Source: Candidatus Latescibacterota bacterium (lineage in GTDB: Bacteria; Latescibacterota; UBA2968; GCA-2709665). Taken from it: DNA of 64,000 bases. Below, in pieces: positions 37,703 to 46,946 of this stretch (within the stretch, counting starts at the first letter, position 1; each line of letters begins with the position of its first letter). The DNA lies in the NCBI GenBank assembly GCA_965248435.1, contig OZ252100.1, forward strand, positions 3,424,001 to 3,488,000, written 5' to 3'. Made by a program: the position numbers and the translations under genes. The notes beneath the pieces are model-generated. The model had not been told where the DNA came from and did not search any database. It saw nothing but the letters and a program-made list of their open reading frames with translations.

Positions 37703-40700
37703 ATGGATCTGAAGAGAATAGTAATTTTCTGCGCGACGATTTTGCTTTTTGCAGGTTTCGCCATAGACGGCTTTGCACAGACGTATGCCGATCCGAGGGG
37801 TGTACGGATTCGCGTCGATCGGATTGATCACGGTGCCTGGGCTGCGATTGGAGACTCCATCGAGGTGAAGGTGATCGCGCGCGGTATCGCGCTGGAAAAC
37901 GTGGTCGTGACGCTTGTGGCGCCAGTGGATACCATTACCCTTGACGTTGGTGTAAGCGAGTTGGACAGCATGCTCACCCTTGTGGGGGGGGGCAACTCAG
38001 TGTTTGCAATTGAGTATTCGGCCAGCCTGAATGTGGGTGCCACGGGCGAATTGCAAACGGAGTCCAAGGATGTCACCACCGACGGCATCGAGACCACGTT
38101 CAGCTTCCGTTTCGGTGTGGGTGCCGGAGATCCAGAGTCCGGTAATTCGCAGTCTTTGATGGCGCAGGCCTATGTCAATAAAGCCGGGGAAAATTTCAAA
38201 TCTCTGAACAATCAGATGACGGAGGAGCAGGAGAGCGAAATTTTTTCCGACAAGGTTGGTGACGGCGTCCTGTTCGGGATCGATGGGCAACGCCCGGTAA
38301 ACACCGCCATCTTCGACAGCGTCGTTGTCGACCGGTCCGCGCTGAGAGGCTTGGGAAAGATGGAGTTCCCAACGGACGCCGAAATGATCGGTGAACCCGC
38401 CGCCGCAGTGATGGTCGGAACGAGCCATAACACCATTTATTCGGCGGGGCATGGGGATGAAGTCGCCATCAAGGTGCATACGCAGAACATTCTGAGCTCG
38501 GGCGCGGTAGCGGGCGAGGTTCATATCTACGACGCGGACCTAGTGCGCCAGGCGGATCCGGACAGTGCTTTCTACTCGACAACGTTCGACAGCCGGGAGC
38601 TCCTCTTTGGCGTGCGCAGGACGTTCAAGGTTGCGGACGGCAAGAGCGGGAATCAGAAAAAGGCGTTCGGGAACAGGCAAAGGGTGAGGCTGGCCGCCTT
38701 TCTCGTGGACGCCGCCGGAAACCGGAGTGCGGCCATGGCAAATTCTTCTGTGCCGATGCCGTACTACGGCGGGGAAGCTTTGAACTACAACGGTCAAACA
38801 GATGGTGACCAGTTGGTCTACATCATCGACTCGGAGAAGCCGACGGTGACGCCCACGAGGCCGAAGGCGGGCACGATCAGTATCGATTCGCTTCGGTTCA
38901 CCCCGCAAGCCGTGTTCCTCGTCGGACTTCGCGGCATTGATGATGATCATAACAGCGCTCTGCCTCTTGTGCCGTATCCTCTGATGCCGATGGTATTCAA
39001 GGTGTCCGAGGTACTCCAATCGGCTGCGGTGACCCTGGGCGACACCACCGTGACGGTCGCTACAGCAGACCTTGGGGGCTTGCTTTCTGAAGATGCGTTT
39101 GAGATACACCCCGGGGTGATTCTCGAAGACGACCAGAAACCGGGCGGGAATACGCTTGACGTGAGTATCGTGGTCCAGGATGAGGTCGGGAACGAGACGA
39201 CGGAGACGATCAAGGGCGCTATCTTTGACGTGGTGCGGCCTGAATTTGTCGAGGTCTTCCCATCCTCGGGCACGGTGCCTGAGGATGAGGAAAACAGCGA
39301 CAAGCCGACGATCAACCCCGACACGTATCAGCCGACGGTGCGGCTCAAGGAGGCGTTGGACTCTCTCGAGGTGCGCTACGTTCAGATCGGCGGGCTGCAC
39401 ACTTTGACCTATGGCGTTCCCAGTGGGAGCTCGCTGCTGTCAAACGTCGACAAAGAGTACACGCTCACGTTTGCCGCGAAGGACACGCTGCTCGATGGCA
39501 AGGAGTACACCCTGCAGCTCGTGGCGTTCGACCTTGCCGGGAACGTCGCCGCGACCGAGCCGGATGTGCTCACCTTTACGAAGGGCTTCGCGAACCCGAT
39601 GGCGGACTCTTTCGTGGTGTCCGCCGCCGGGGATTCCGTGATCACAGGCGGGGACTTGGCCCTGGAAGTGACCGCGATCGACAGCACACTCACGCGTGAG
39701 GCGGGCGCCTTGCGAAGGGCGGTGACCTACGAGACCGCAGGCGTGCGGGTCAGGGTGATGAATGCGGACGACGTCAGCGGAATATCGTTTGGAGGCGCCG
39801 GGGTCACGGATAACGGGGACGGCACGGCCACGCTGGATGGTCCAGAGTGGAGCGCCGGCCGGCGCGAGGTCATCGTGAAGTCCACAGTCGAGTTGAGTGA
39901 TTTCTCCGTGGGCGTGGAAGAGGTAAACGCCGAGGACGGCACCGTGAACTTGAGAGGCGACCAGCACGATCTCACCGTCGATGCCGGGGCGTTTACGACC
40001 TACAAGGTGACGGCCTTGGTGGATGGGGTCGAGACCACCCGGGTGTCGGGAGACTTCACGGTGCGGGTGATCCCGACCGATGAGTATGGTAACAAGAGCA
40101 CAAAGATAAACAGCGACCGCCTGCTGGATTCGAGGCTCGAAGATGGAGACGCGTTGGAGGAAATCTTGTTCAGCTTCAGTGCGAATATAGGGGGTGTGGG
40201 TGTTCCACAAGGCCGACTGTCCGTCGGGCCTGACGGCGGCGAATTCGTCGTACAAGCGCCCGACCGTCAGGGCACGGGCTTGGTAATTTCGGTATTTTCG
40301 ATCGGGGATGACAGGAAGCAGACCGGTTCATCGAAATCTCTGAGCTTCGACTTCGGTGTGCCTCCAGATCTCGTTGGCGCGCCCGAGCCGGTGAGTAGCG
40401 TGATGGTACAGGACTACCTGGGTGCCGATGGACAGGGTGATCAGGGCGCGTTCATGCTGATCACCTTCCCGAACTCGGCGAGCCACTCCGGCGCAACCTA
40501 CCGGGTCTACAGGGAGATTACGGTCGACATAGACCGGGCCGAGGACGGGGGCTTGGAGACCATCAATCCGACCAACGCCTGGATCGCCTGGACGAAGATC
40601 GATGCGGTCCCGGTGCCTGACGGCGGGTCGGCGATCACTCGCGCGGTCGTGCCGGCATTAGACAACGTCGCGACCTTTTGGGCCATCGGTGTCGAGAAGG

Positions 40701-42334
40701 GCGGCGCCACCTCGGCGCAGACCGTGGCCGCGAAGCGCGTGTTCACGAAAGAGAGCGTGCAGCAGATGGTCCGGCTGCTCGGCGTAGACCCGAACCGGGT
40801 CATCTCGCAGGCCGACCTGGAGAAGCTCATCACGCCGCCGGAGGACTATGTGAAGTCCATTCTGGGCGACCTGAGGGGCGTGGTCTTCGCCGGACTGGAT
40901 CCTGATCTGGGTCGCGCGCTGAAGCGGATCTCGGTGCCGCAGACGATTCGGACGTCGTCGGGTGGAGAGGTTCTCTCGTCGAAGTTGACGATATCCGAAC
41001 ACGCTGTGGCCGCTGTGGATAACATCGCGCCGGCTGAGGTGAGTGGCGCCAACGGATCGGTGACCGAGGAAGGCAATGTGAACCTGTTCTGGACAGCCTC
41101 TGCGGACGACAAGCCGGTCGGCTCCATCACCTATCGCGGGTACCACATCCCGATCGACGGCGTGAAGGAGTACGAGATCCTGCGCGGCACCGAGGAAGGT
41201 GACTTGGCGGCCGTGGCGACCGTAGAGAAGGGTTCAGAGAGCTACATGGACACCGACCTGCCAGATGGCGTGTCTTCGCTGGTCTACCGGGTCGACGCAC
41301 TCGACCTGGACAACCGGACGGAGGGCCAGTCCTTCCAGGTCGGGGTGATTGAGGTCTTTGGCACCGATCCTGTGACTGGCGAACCGATTCGAGTCTATGC
41401 GATGGAGACCAGCAACAACGAGGTCGGATTCGAAGACTTCCTCATCTTCGCGGGAGCCTTCGGGAAGCAGCCGGGTGAGCGAGGATACAACATCAATGGC
41501 GACACGAACGGCGACGGCCTTATTAACTTGTTTGACTTCATCAATTTCGTCCAAACGTTCGGCCTCACCTTCGACCTGCCTGCGACGAAGCGGGTTATCC
41601 TGGCCGCGACGCCCATACCGGGCGTGAACGACAACACCGAGATGTCCCTCAGTCTGGGCGGCGAGCGGGTGCTGGCCGGCCAGACGATCTCGCTGGACAT
41701 CTCGATGTCCAACGTCCAGGCCCTCACGGTCTTCGGGCTCGCCTTGAACTACGATCCGGATCGGTTCGAGTTCGTGGAGGCGGCCCCGGCGGATGAGGAC
41801 CTGCTGAAATCGACGGGTGGGGACACGCCGCTGTTCCTGAGTAAGGCGCGTCCCGGTGAGCTGAAGATCGCGAACGCCGTAATCAACGGGAGCGCGGTGA
41901 GCGGTGAAGGGTCGATCCTGAAGATGACCTTCAAGGTCCTGAGGGAGTTCGAGGACCAAGCGAGGTTCGAGATCACCGAAGGCATCGTGTTCGATCCAGA
42001 GTCGCATTCGAACCCTGTAGTGACGCTGGGTGCGCTGCAGGTCGAGAGCACCCCCACCGAGTTCACGCTGCTCCAGAACTACCCGAACCCGTTCAACCCG
42101 GAAACCACGATCAAGTACAACCTGGCGGAGGCCGGTGACGTACACCTGCGGATCTACAACATCGTAGGTCAGGTGGTGCGGACGCTGGTGGCCGAGCGGC
42201 AGCCGGCAGGTCGTTACCAGGTGCGGTGGGCCGGTACGGACGACAGAGGGTTGGCCGTATCGAGTGGAATCTACTTCTACCAGATTACGGCCGGTAAGTT
42301 CCAGGACGTCAAGCGGTTGATGTTGCTCAAGTAA
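37703..42334 (+). CDS. 1543-aa secreted surface protein: Ig/FN3-like domains, dockerin-like EF-hands, cohesin domain and T9SS/FlgD-type C-terminal sorting domain; S-layer/scaffold candidate
   Basis: Signal peptide; DAAGN/DEVGN/DLAGN Ig-like motifs; VGFEDFLIFAGAFG...GDTNGDGLINLFDF; LNYDPDRFEF...VSGEG.ILKMTFKV cohesin; QNYPNPFNPETTI.Y...VSSGIYFY...KRLMLLK. Confidence 0.88.
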   Translation: MDLKRIVIFCATILLFAGFAIDGFAQTYADPRGVRIRVDRIDHGAWAAIGDSIEVKVIARGIALENVVVTLVAPVDTITLDVGVSELDSMLTLVGGGNSVFAIEYSASLNVGATGELQTESKDVTTDGIETTFSFRFGVGAGDPESGNSQSLMAQAYVNKAGENFKSLNNQMTEEQESEIFSDKVGDGVLFGIDGQRPVNTAIFDSVVVDRSALRGLGKMEFPTDAEMIGEPAAAVMVGTSHNTIYSAGHGDEVAIKVHTQNILSSGAVAGEVHIYDADLVRQADPDSAFYSTTFDSRELLFGVRRTFKVADGKSGNQKKAFGNRQRVRLAAFLVDAAGNRSAAMANSSVPMPYYGGEALNYNGQTDGDQLVYIIDSEKPTVTPTRPKAGTISIDSLRFTPQAVFLVGLRGIDDDHNSALPLVPYPLMPMVFKVSEVLQSAAVTLGDTTVTVATADLGGLLSEDAFEIHPGVILEDDQKPGGNTLDVSIVVQDEVGNETTETIKGAIFDVVRPEFVEVFPSSGTVPEDEENSDKPTINPDTYQPTVRLKEALDSLEVRYVQIGGLHTLTYGVPSGSSLLSNVDKEYTLTFAAKDTLLDGKEYTLQLVAFDLAGNVAATEPDVLTFTKGFANPMADSFVVSAAGDSVITGGDLALEVTAIDSTLTREAGALRRAVTYETAGVRVRVMNADDVSGISFGGAGVTDNGDGTATLDGPEWSAGRREVIVKSTVELSDFSVGVEEVNAEDGTVNLRGDQHDLTVDAGAFTTYKVTALVDGVETTRVSGDFTVRVIPTDEYGNKSTKINSDRLLDSRLEDGDALEEILFSFSANIGGVGVPQGRLSVGPDGGEFVVQAPDRQGTGLVISVFSIGDDRKQTGSSKSLSFDFGVPPDLVGAPEPVSSVMVQDYLGADGQGDQGAFMLITFPNSASHSGATYRVYREITVDIDRAEDGGLETINPTNAWIAWTKIDAVPVPDGGSAITRAVVPALDNVATFWAIGVEKGGATSAQTVAAKRVFTKESVQQMVRLLGVDPNRVISQADLEKLITPPEDYVKSILGDLRGVVFAGLDPDLGRALKRISVPQTIRTSSGGEVLSSKLTISEHAVAAVDNIAPAEVSGANGSVTEEGNVNLFWTASADDKPVGSITYRGYHIPIDGVKEYEILRGTEEGDLAAVATVEKGSESYMDTDLPDGVSSLVYRVDALDLDNRTEGQSFQVGVIEVFGTDPVTGEPIRVYAMETSNNEVGFEDFLIFAGAFGKQPGERGYNINGDTNGDGLINLFDFINFVQTFGLTFDLPATKRVILAATPIPGVNDNTEMSLSLGGERVLAGQTISLDISMSNVQALTVFGLALNYDPDRFEFVEAAPADEDLLKSTGGDTPLFLSKARPGELKIANAVINGSAVSGEGSILKMTFKVLREFEDQARFEITEGIVFDPESHSNPVVTLGALQVESTPTEFTLLQNYPNPFNPETTIKYNLAEAGDVHLRIYNIVGQVVRTLVAERQPAGRYQVRWAGTDDRGLAVSSGIYFYQITAGKFQDVKRLMLLK

Positions 42335-42348
42335 ATCCGCTGCAAGGT

Positions 42349-42374
42349 GTGGGAGCCCCGAACGGGGCTCCCAC
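42349..42374 (+). terminator. Strong hairpin after the surface protein gene (terminator or mRNA-stabilising element)
   Basis: GTGGGAGCCCC-GAAC-GGGGCTCCCAC, weak U tail. Confidence 0.65.
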
Positions 42375-42422
42375 TCTTGTAAATGGGGGCGACATTCATT
42401 AAAGCTTCAAGAGGAGAGCACG

Positions 42423-43880
42423 ATGCGTAAATACAGGAGGTTTCTCTGGGTGGCTCCGGCGCTCGCCCTCGTTCTGGTGTTTGCCGGAAATGCCCTGGCG
42501 GGACCCAACCCGGACGCCGTTGTAACGCTTGACATCCAGTTGGCGAGTGGCGATGGGAACACTGAGGATGACGGTGTGACATCGGTTGTCCTGGCGGGTA
42601 ACGAGACAGAGTTCGATGTGGAGATCTTCGTCTCCGGGGTGACGACAGACCTGTTGGGCCTTTCGATCAGCTTCGACACCCTCGATGCTTCGGGTGGAGA
42701 CGTGATCAGTGAAGTCGTGGAGGCCACAGGAGACGACGGCGACTGGCAGTTTTCGATCCCGACAACCCGGGGGACAAATTTTGCGGGTTCTTCCGCGTTC
42801 ACCGTGCCGGCGAGCAATTATGTCGGGACGATAGTTTTCGAAACCCAGGTGGATGTGACGGATGTGGAGTTCAGCCTCAAGGTGTCCGAATTTCTGCTTA
42901 CTCCGATTAGCGGGGCGGCGGATACGGACACCCTCACTGTCAGCACGATACTGCTCTTCAACTCCGCCCCAAAGGCGACGATTCCCGCTGAGGCCGCCGG
43001 TGGAGTAGAAGTTCCTTCCGGAGGCGCAGCCGACCCGGTGAGGGTTACGGTCGCGGGATTTGCGGCCGGTGCAAATCTCACCTGGCACGTGGAAGTCACG
43101 GGGACAGGGGCGACCATCGACGTCTTCGATGATGCCGGTGCTATGATGACGGGCAACATGTTCCCCTCGACGTCGACGTTTATCGATATTAAGGCGACCG
43201 ACGCGGGAGGCGATGTGTCGGTAGAGGTCTGGGCGGAGTCGGATGGTGTAGAATCGGAGCGCGTGACGCTTATGTTCAGTCGCCAGTTGCCGGTAGAGCT
43301 GGCATCGTTCGGCGGCGCACTGGTAGACGACAGCGTGATTCTGAACTGGACGACGGCATCCCAGACGAACAACGCGGGATGGCGTGTGCTTCGGAGCCTC
43401 GACGGCGTGACCTACGAGCAGGTAGGCAAGTTCGTGCTGGGCGCCGGGACGTCTGACGCCCTTCAGAACTACAGCTTCGCAGACAACAAGCTTCCTTCCT
43501 CCGAGAAGGCGTTCTACGTGCTCGAGCAGATCGACCTGGACGGGACGGTGCACCGTTCAAACCGGATCGAGATGCTGATGGGGGCGCGGTTCCTGCCGGC
43601 TCCGACAGAGTTCGCAGTGAACGCATATCCGAACCCGTTCAACCCGAGCACGACCCTGGCCTATGACCTTCCGTCCGATGCGATCGTGAACATCGTTATC
43701 TACGACGCGCTCGGGCAGGAGGTACGCCGTCTCGTTGCCACTCAGAGGAATGCCGGACGGTATACGATACAGTGGGACGCGAGGGACAATCTGGGTCACG
43801 GCGTCGGAAGCGGTGTCTACATCGCAAAGATCGAAGCCGGGTCCTTTTCTGCCTCGCAGAAGATGCTCCTGCTGAAATAG
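42423..43880 (+). CDS. Secreted acidic beta-rich protein with T9SS/FlgD-type C-terminal domain
   Basis: Signal peptide; LPVELASF...LNWTTASQTNNAGW..LRS...YSFAD...EQIDLDG; AYPNPFNPSTT..Y...GSGVY...QKMLLLK. Confidence 0.88.
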   Translation: MRKYRRFLWVAPALALVLVFAGNALAGPNPDAVVTLDIQLASGDGNTEDDGVTSVVLAGNETEFDVEIFVSGVTTDLLGLSISFDTLDASGGDVISEVVEATGDDGDWQFSIPTTRGTNFAGSSAFTVPASNYVGTIVFETQVDVTDVEFSLKVSEFLLTPISGAADTDTLTVSTILLFNSAPKATIPAEAAGGVEVPSGGAADPVRVTVAGFAAGANLTWHVEVTGTGATIDVFDDAGAMMTGNMFPSTSTFIDIKATDAGGDVSVEVWAESDGVESERVTLMFSRQLPVELASFGGALVDDSVILNWTTASQTNNAGWRVLRSLDGVTYEQVGKFVLGAGTSDALQNYSFADNKLPSSEKAFYVLEQIDLDGTVHRSNRIEMLMGARFLPAPTEFAVNAYPNPFNPSTTLAYDLPSDAIVNIVIYDALGQEVRRLVATQRNAGRYTIQWDARDNLGHGVGSGVYIAKIEAGSFSASQKMLLLK

Positions 43881-43907
43881 CGGGCTGACCAGAATCTTTA
43901 GTTTTAC

Positions 43908-43943
43908 GTCGCCGGGCGGTTTCGATCGCCCGGCGATTTTTTT
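43908..43943 (+). terminator. Intrinsic terminator
   Basis: GTCGCCGGGCGGT-TTCG-ATCGCCCGGCGAT followed by a T-run. Confidence 0.88.
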
Positions 43944-44173
43944 GTCACGGAGGATATGAGTGACCCGTAAGACACGGAAAGAGTCGAGTGAGGTAGGAAA
44001 CCTTCAGGATGGCGCCCCGGATCTCAGGAAAGGCCATAGAGGGCGCGGAGGGCCACGGAAAGATCGGGTACCGGGAAATCAAAACACGGGTAACGGGCAT
44101 CGCAAGACCACATCTCGCCAGATGAACGAGGTTTTGTAGCTGGCGGAGCGCACGCTCGGTCAATGCATTGCCC

Positions 44174-44199
44174 CGAGATACGAAATACGAGATACGCTT
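44174..44199 (+). repeat. Heptamer repeat CGAGATA-CGAAATA-CGAGATA-CG, same family as 27493-27572
   Basis: ACGAGATACGCTT (44187-44199) is the exact reverse complement of 27511-27523. Confidence 0.65.
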
Positions 44200-44278
44200 T
44201 CTCAAGGTGGCGGATTTTTGCGGCATCTGCATCTTAGCGTGAAAACTCGACGTCGAGGGTTGGATTTTTGTGGGATTT

Positions 44279-44346
44279 GTAATATATTTGTAATAAATGA
44301 GTTACGTCGGATATTCGGAGCGGGGATTTGCGGCACGCCTTTCGCA
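44279..44346 (+). promoter_or_regulatory. Candidate sigma54 promoter with upstream IHF-like site
   Basis: CGGCACGCCTTTCGCA at 44331-44346 (GG-N10-GC); AATAAATGAGTTA at 44292-44304 is one mismatch from WATCAANNNNTTR. Confidence 0.55.
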
Positions 44347-44414
44347 AGATGGGCTACGCGTTCCTTCCTCATAGCTGGTGGTCACCTTACCCTTGAGAAT
44401 TGAAGGAGATGCCG

Positions 44415-45245
44415 ATGCTGATTCGTGGTCTACTCACCGCATCATTCGTCGTGTCGCTTGGGGTGAACCAGGCCTTCGGTGGGGCGTGGACCCAGGAGGA
44501 AGGGGGCTACTACCTGAAGCTCCAGGCCGGCTACCTGAATTCGACGGAAGATATCGACGCGGACGGGAACCGGACCCAGAAGGGGTTCTACGGAGGGGCC
44601 CTCAGAGATTTGAACTATTCGGTCTATCTCGAGTACGGGCTCATTGAGCATACCACGATCGTTGTCTCCCTGCCCTACAAACGGATGGTGGACAAGCACA
44701 ACTTCGTCAACGGGATCGCCCGCGAGAAGCGATCCGGCTTCGGCGACGTGGAACTCAGGTTCAGGCAGCTGATCAAGACGGCTCCGGTCGTGCTCTCTGT
44801 GGCCATCGGGGGCAAGGTCCCGCTGTGGTACAAAGACGACCCCGGCACCCGTGTCCCGCTCAGCAGCCGGAAAGTGGACTTTGACGGGCGTTTCCTGGCG
44901 GGCCGGAGCCTTTACCCGTTTCCGGGATATGTGACTGGGGAGGCCGGCTTTCGGATTCGTGGAGGTGATTTCAGCAACGAAGGATTTTATGCCCTGGAAG
45001 GCGGGGTTTCTTTGGGGCGCGTGCTGATGAAGGCGACCGTGTCGGGTATTTTGACGACAGGTGAATGCGTTGCCGGCCAAGAGGTGAATCTCATCGGAGA
45101 TCAGAACGTCTTAAAGATATCTCCAGGTGTGATTTGTCAGCTCCATCCAAGGCTGGAATTCAGCCTGGATCTGATTCACGTGGCCTCAGGATGCAATACG
45201 GCGGCGGGAAATACCCTGTTCTTCGGCGTGGCCCTGAAGCGCTGA
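44415..45245 (+). CDS. Hypothetical outer-membrane beta-barrel protein
   Basis: Signal peptide then GAWTQEEG; YLEYGL, SGFGDVEL, alternating amphipathic strands; SD AAGGAG. Confidence 0.65.
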   Translation: MLIRGLLTASFVVSLGVNQAFGGAWTQEEGGYYLKLQAGYLNSTEDIDADGNRTQKGFYGGALRDLNYSVYLEYGLIEHTTIVVSLPYKRMVDKHNFVNGIAREKRSGFGDVELRFRQLIKTAPVVLSVAIGGKVPLWYKDDPGTRVPLSSRKVDFDGRFLAGRSLYPFPGYVTGEAGFRIRGGDFSNEGFYALEGGVSLGRVLMKATVSGILTTGECVAGQEVNLIGDQNVLKISPGVICQLHPRLEFSLDLIHVASGCNTAAGNTLFFGVALKR

Positions 45246-45381
45246 GGAGCGCCCCCTGATTAGTATAAGACACATATAAATCACAGAGTTGTGATCATAT
45301 GGAAAGCCGATTCTCGGGTTGACAACCCGAATCGAATCCTATAAATTTTCACGAAGCCGGGATCGAAAGGAAGGAGCGGAT

Positions 45382-46404
45382 ATGCCGAGGCGAGGTTGGG
45401 AGATTCCCGAAAGAGAGGCCACACCAGAGGCGGTCTTTCTCAACCGCAGAAAGTTTCTGAAGGCTGCTGGGGCCACAAGCTTGGGTGCGATCGGCCTGCT
45501 GGGTTGCGGACACGAGCGGTTGTTCGAATCGTTTGAAAGTGCGGCGGTCCCCGGGAGTCCGGCTGGAGGAGCGGCGCCCGATGCGCCGTCTTCGCCCGGC
45601 CTGGACCCCAACCGGGTTCTTTATCCTGCGGACCTGAATGCCGACTTCGCCCAGCTGGACCGGCCGTTGACGGACGAAAGCGTGGCCGGAGGCTATAACA
45701 ACTTTTACGAATTCAGTTTCGGAAAACAGGACGTTGCGAAGAAGGCGGAGAACTTCACGACCGACAACTGGACGCTCTCGGTTTCTGGCGAAGTGGAGGA
45801 CCCGAAGACGTATGATGTAGATCAGCTGATCCGAAGCATGCCATTGGAGGAGCGGCTCTATCGCCATCGGTGCGTGGAGGCCTGGGCCATGGCGGTCCCG
45901 TGGACCGGATTTCCGATGAAGCTTTTGGTCGACCTGGTCAAGCCTTTGTCTTCGGCGAAGTTTGTGAAGATGACGACCTTCCTCGATCCTGAGGTTGCTG
46001 ATGGGCAGTTCCAAACGCCTCAGTGGCCGTGGCCTTACGTTGAGGGAATCTCGGTCGAGGAGGCGATGAACGATCTTACGATGCTTGTGACGGGGATCTA
46101 CGGTCACGAACTCCCGAGCCAGCACGGCGCACCGATCAGGCTGGTGACCCCCTGGAAGTATGGGTTCAAGAGCATAAAGTCGATCGTGAGCATCGAATTC
46201 ACACGAGAGCAACCCGCGACCTTCTGGAATACGCTCGTTCCGAAGGAGTACGGGTTTATCGGGAACGTAGAACCGCAGGTCCCACACCCTCGATGGTCGC
46301 AGGCCTCGGAGCGGATGATCGGAAACGACGAGGTCTTACCCACGCTGCCCTACAACGGCTATGGCGATTTCGTGGCGCACCTGTATTCGTCTTCCGGGGG
46401 GTAG
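45382..46404 (+). CDS. msrP: Protein-methionine-sulfoxide reductase catalytic subunit MsrP
   Basis: EATPE.VFLNRRKFLK Tat motif, YNNFYEF, EERLYRHRCVEAWAMAVPW.GFP, QHGAPIRLVTPWKYGFKSIKSI, HPRWSQA.ER, YNGYG. Confidence 0.95.
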   Translation: MPRRGWEIPEREATPEAVFLNRRKFLKAAGATSLGAIGLLGCGHERLFESFESAAVPGSPAGGAAPDAPSSPGLDPNRVLYPADLNADFAQLDRPLTDESVAGGYNNFYEFSFGKQDVAKKAENFTTDNWTLSVSGEVEDPKTYDVDQLIRSMPLEERLYRHRCVEAWAMAVPWTGFPMKLLVDLVKPLSSAKFVKMTTFLDPEVADGQFQTPQWPWPYVEGISVEEAMNDLTMLVTGIYGHELPSQHGAPIRLVTPWKYGFKSIKSIVSIEFTREQPATFWNTLVPKEYGFIGNVEPQVPHPRWSQASERMIGNDEVLPTLPYNGYGDFVAHLYSSSGG

Positions 46405-46513
46405 CGTCCACAGCCAGATTTCGTTTCTAAGTTGACATTGGGGCCCTGGTGCCTGTATTTTATATGCTACTGGGGCTTTATGATGAAGTTCGAGATCTAC
46501 TGACGCGAGGTTC

Positions 46514-46849
46514 GTGATGCAGGTTCGGACAATCGAATTCCAGGAGAGTTTTGGACGCGTTGCCGTAGAGACGTCCAGACAGCAGAGTCTGCTGTTGAGG
46601 GAGCCGGAGATGGCCCGGCAGCAGGTTGCGCTGATGGCGGCCAGCGAACGGGCCTTAAACCTCACGCGGCCGATGCCGGCCACGCAGCCTGAGAATACGA
46701 TCATAGACCCGAATCAGAGGCACACGCCCGAAAGACATCCAGAATCTGGATCTCGGGACAGGCAATCATCAGGAGGATCGGAAGAGGAGAATGCGCCCCC
46801 GCCCGGAACGGATGGTGTTTCGGGCACGAGGATCGATGTCGTTGCCTGA
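46514..46849 (+). CDS. Small hypothetical protein
   Basis: Helical N-half, low-complexity C-half ending GTRIDVVA; SD GAGG. Confidence 0.55.
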   Translation: MMQVRTIEFQESFGRVAVETSRQQSLLLREPEMARQQVALMAASERALNLTRPMPATQPENTIIDPNQRHTPERHPESGSRDRQSSGGSEEENAPPPGTDGVSGTRIDVVA

Positions 46850-46946
46850 CAGGCCGGGGGAGATTCGATTCACGATTTTTGGGAAAGGCTGCCGCCGTCT
46901 CCCGTTTGAGAAGGCGGCAGTTTTTTCGATTCAAGGGGAGGCGTGA

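Noticed and set aside
43944-44170. Small RNA or ORF downstream of the terminator, with recurring CACGG(A/G) words
   Set aside because: No recognisable RNA family or coding signal; the repeats are too short and degenerate to call
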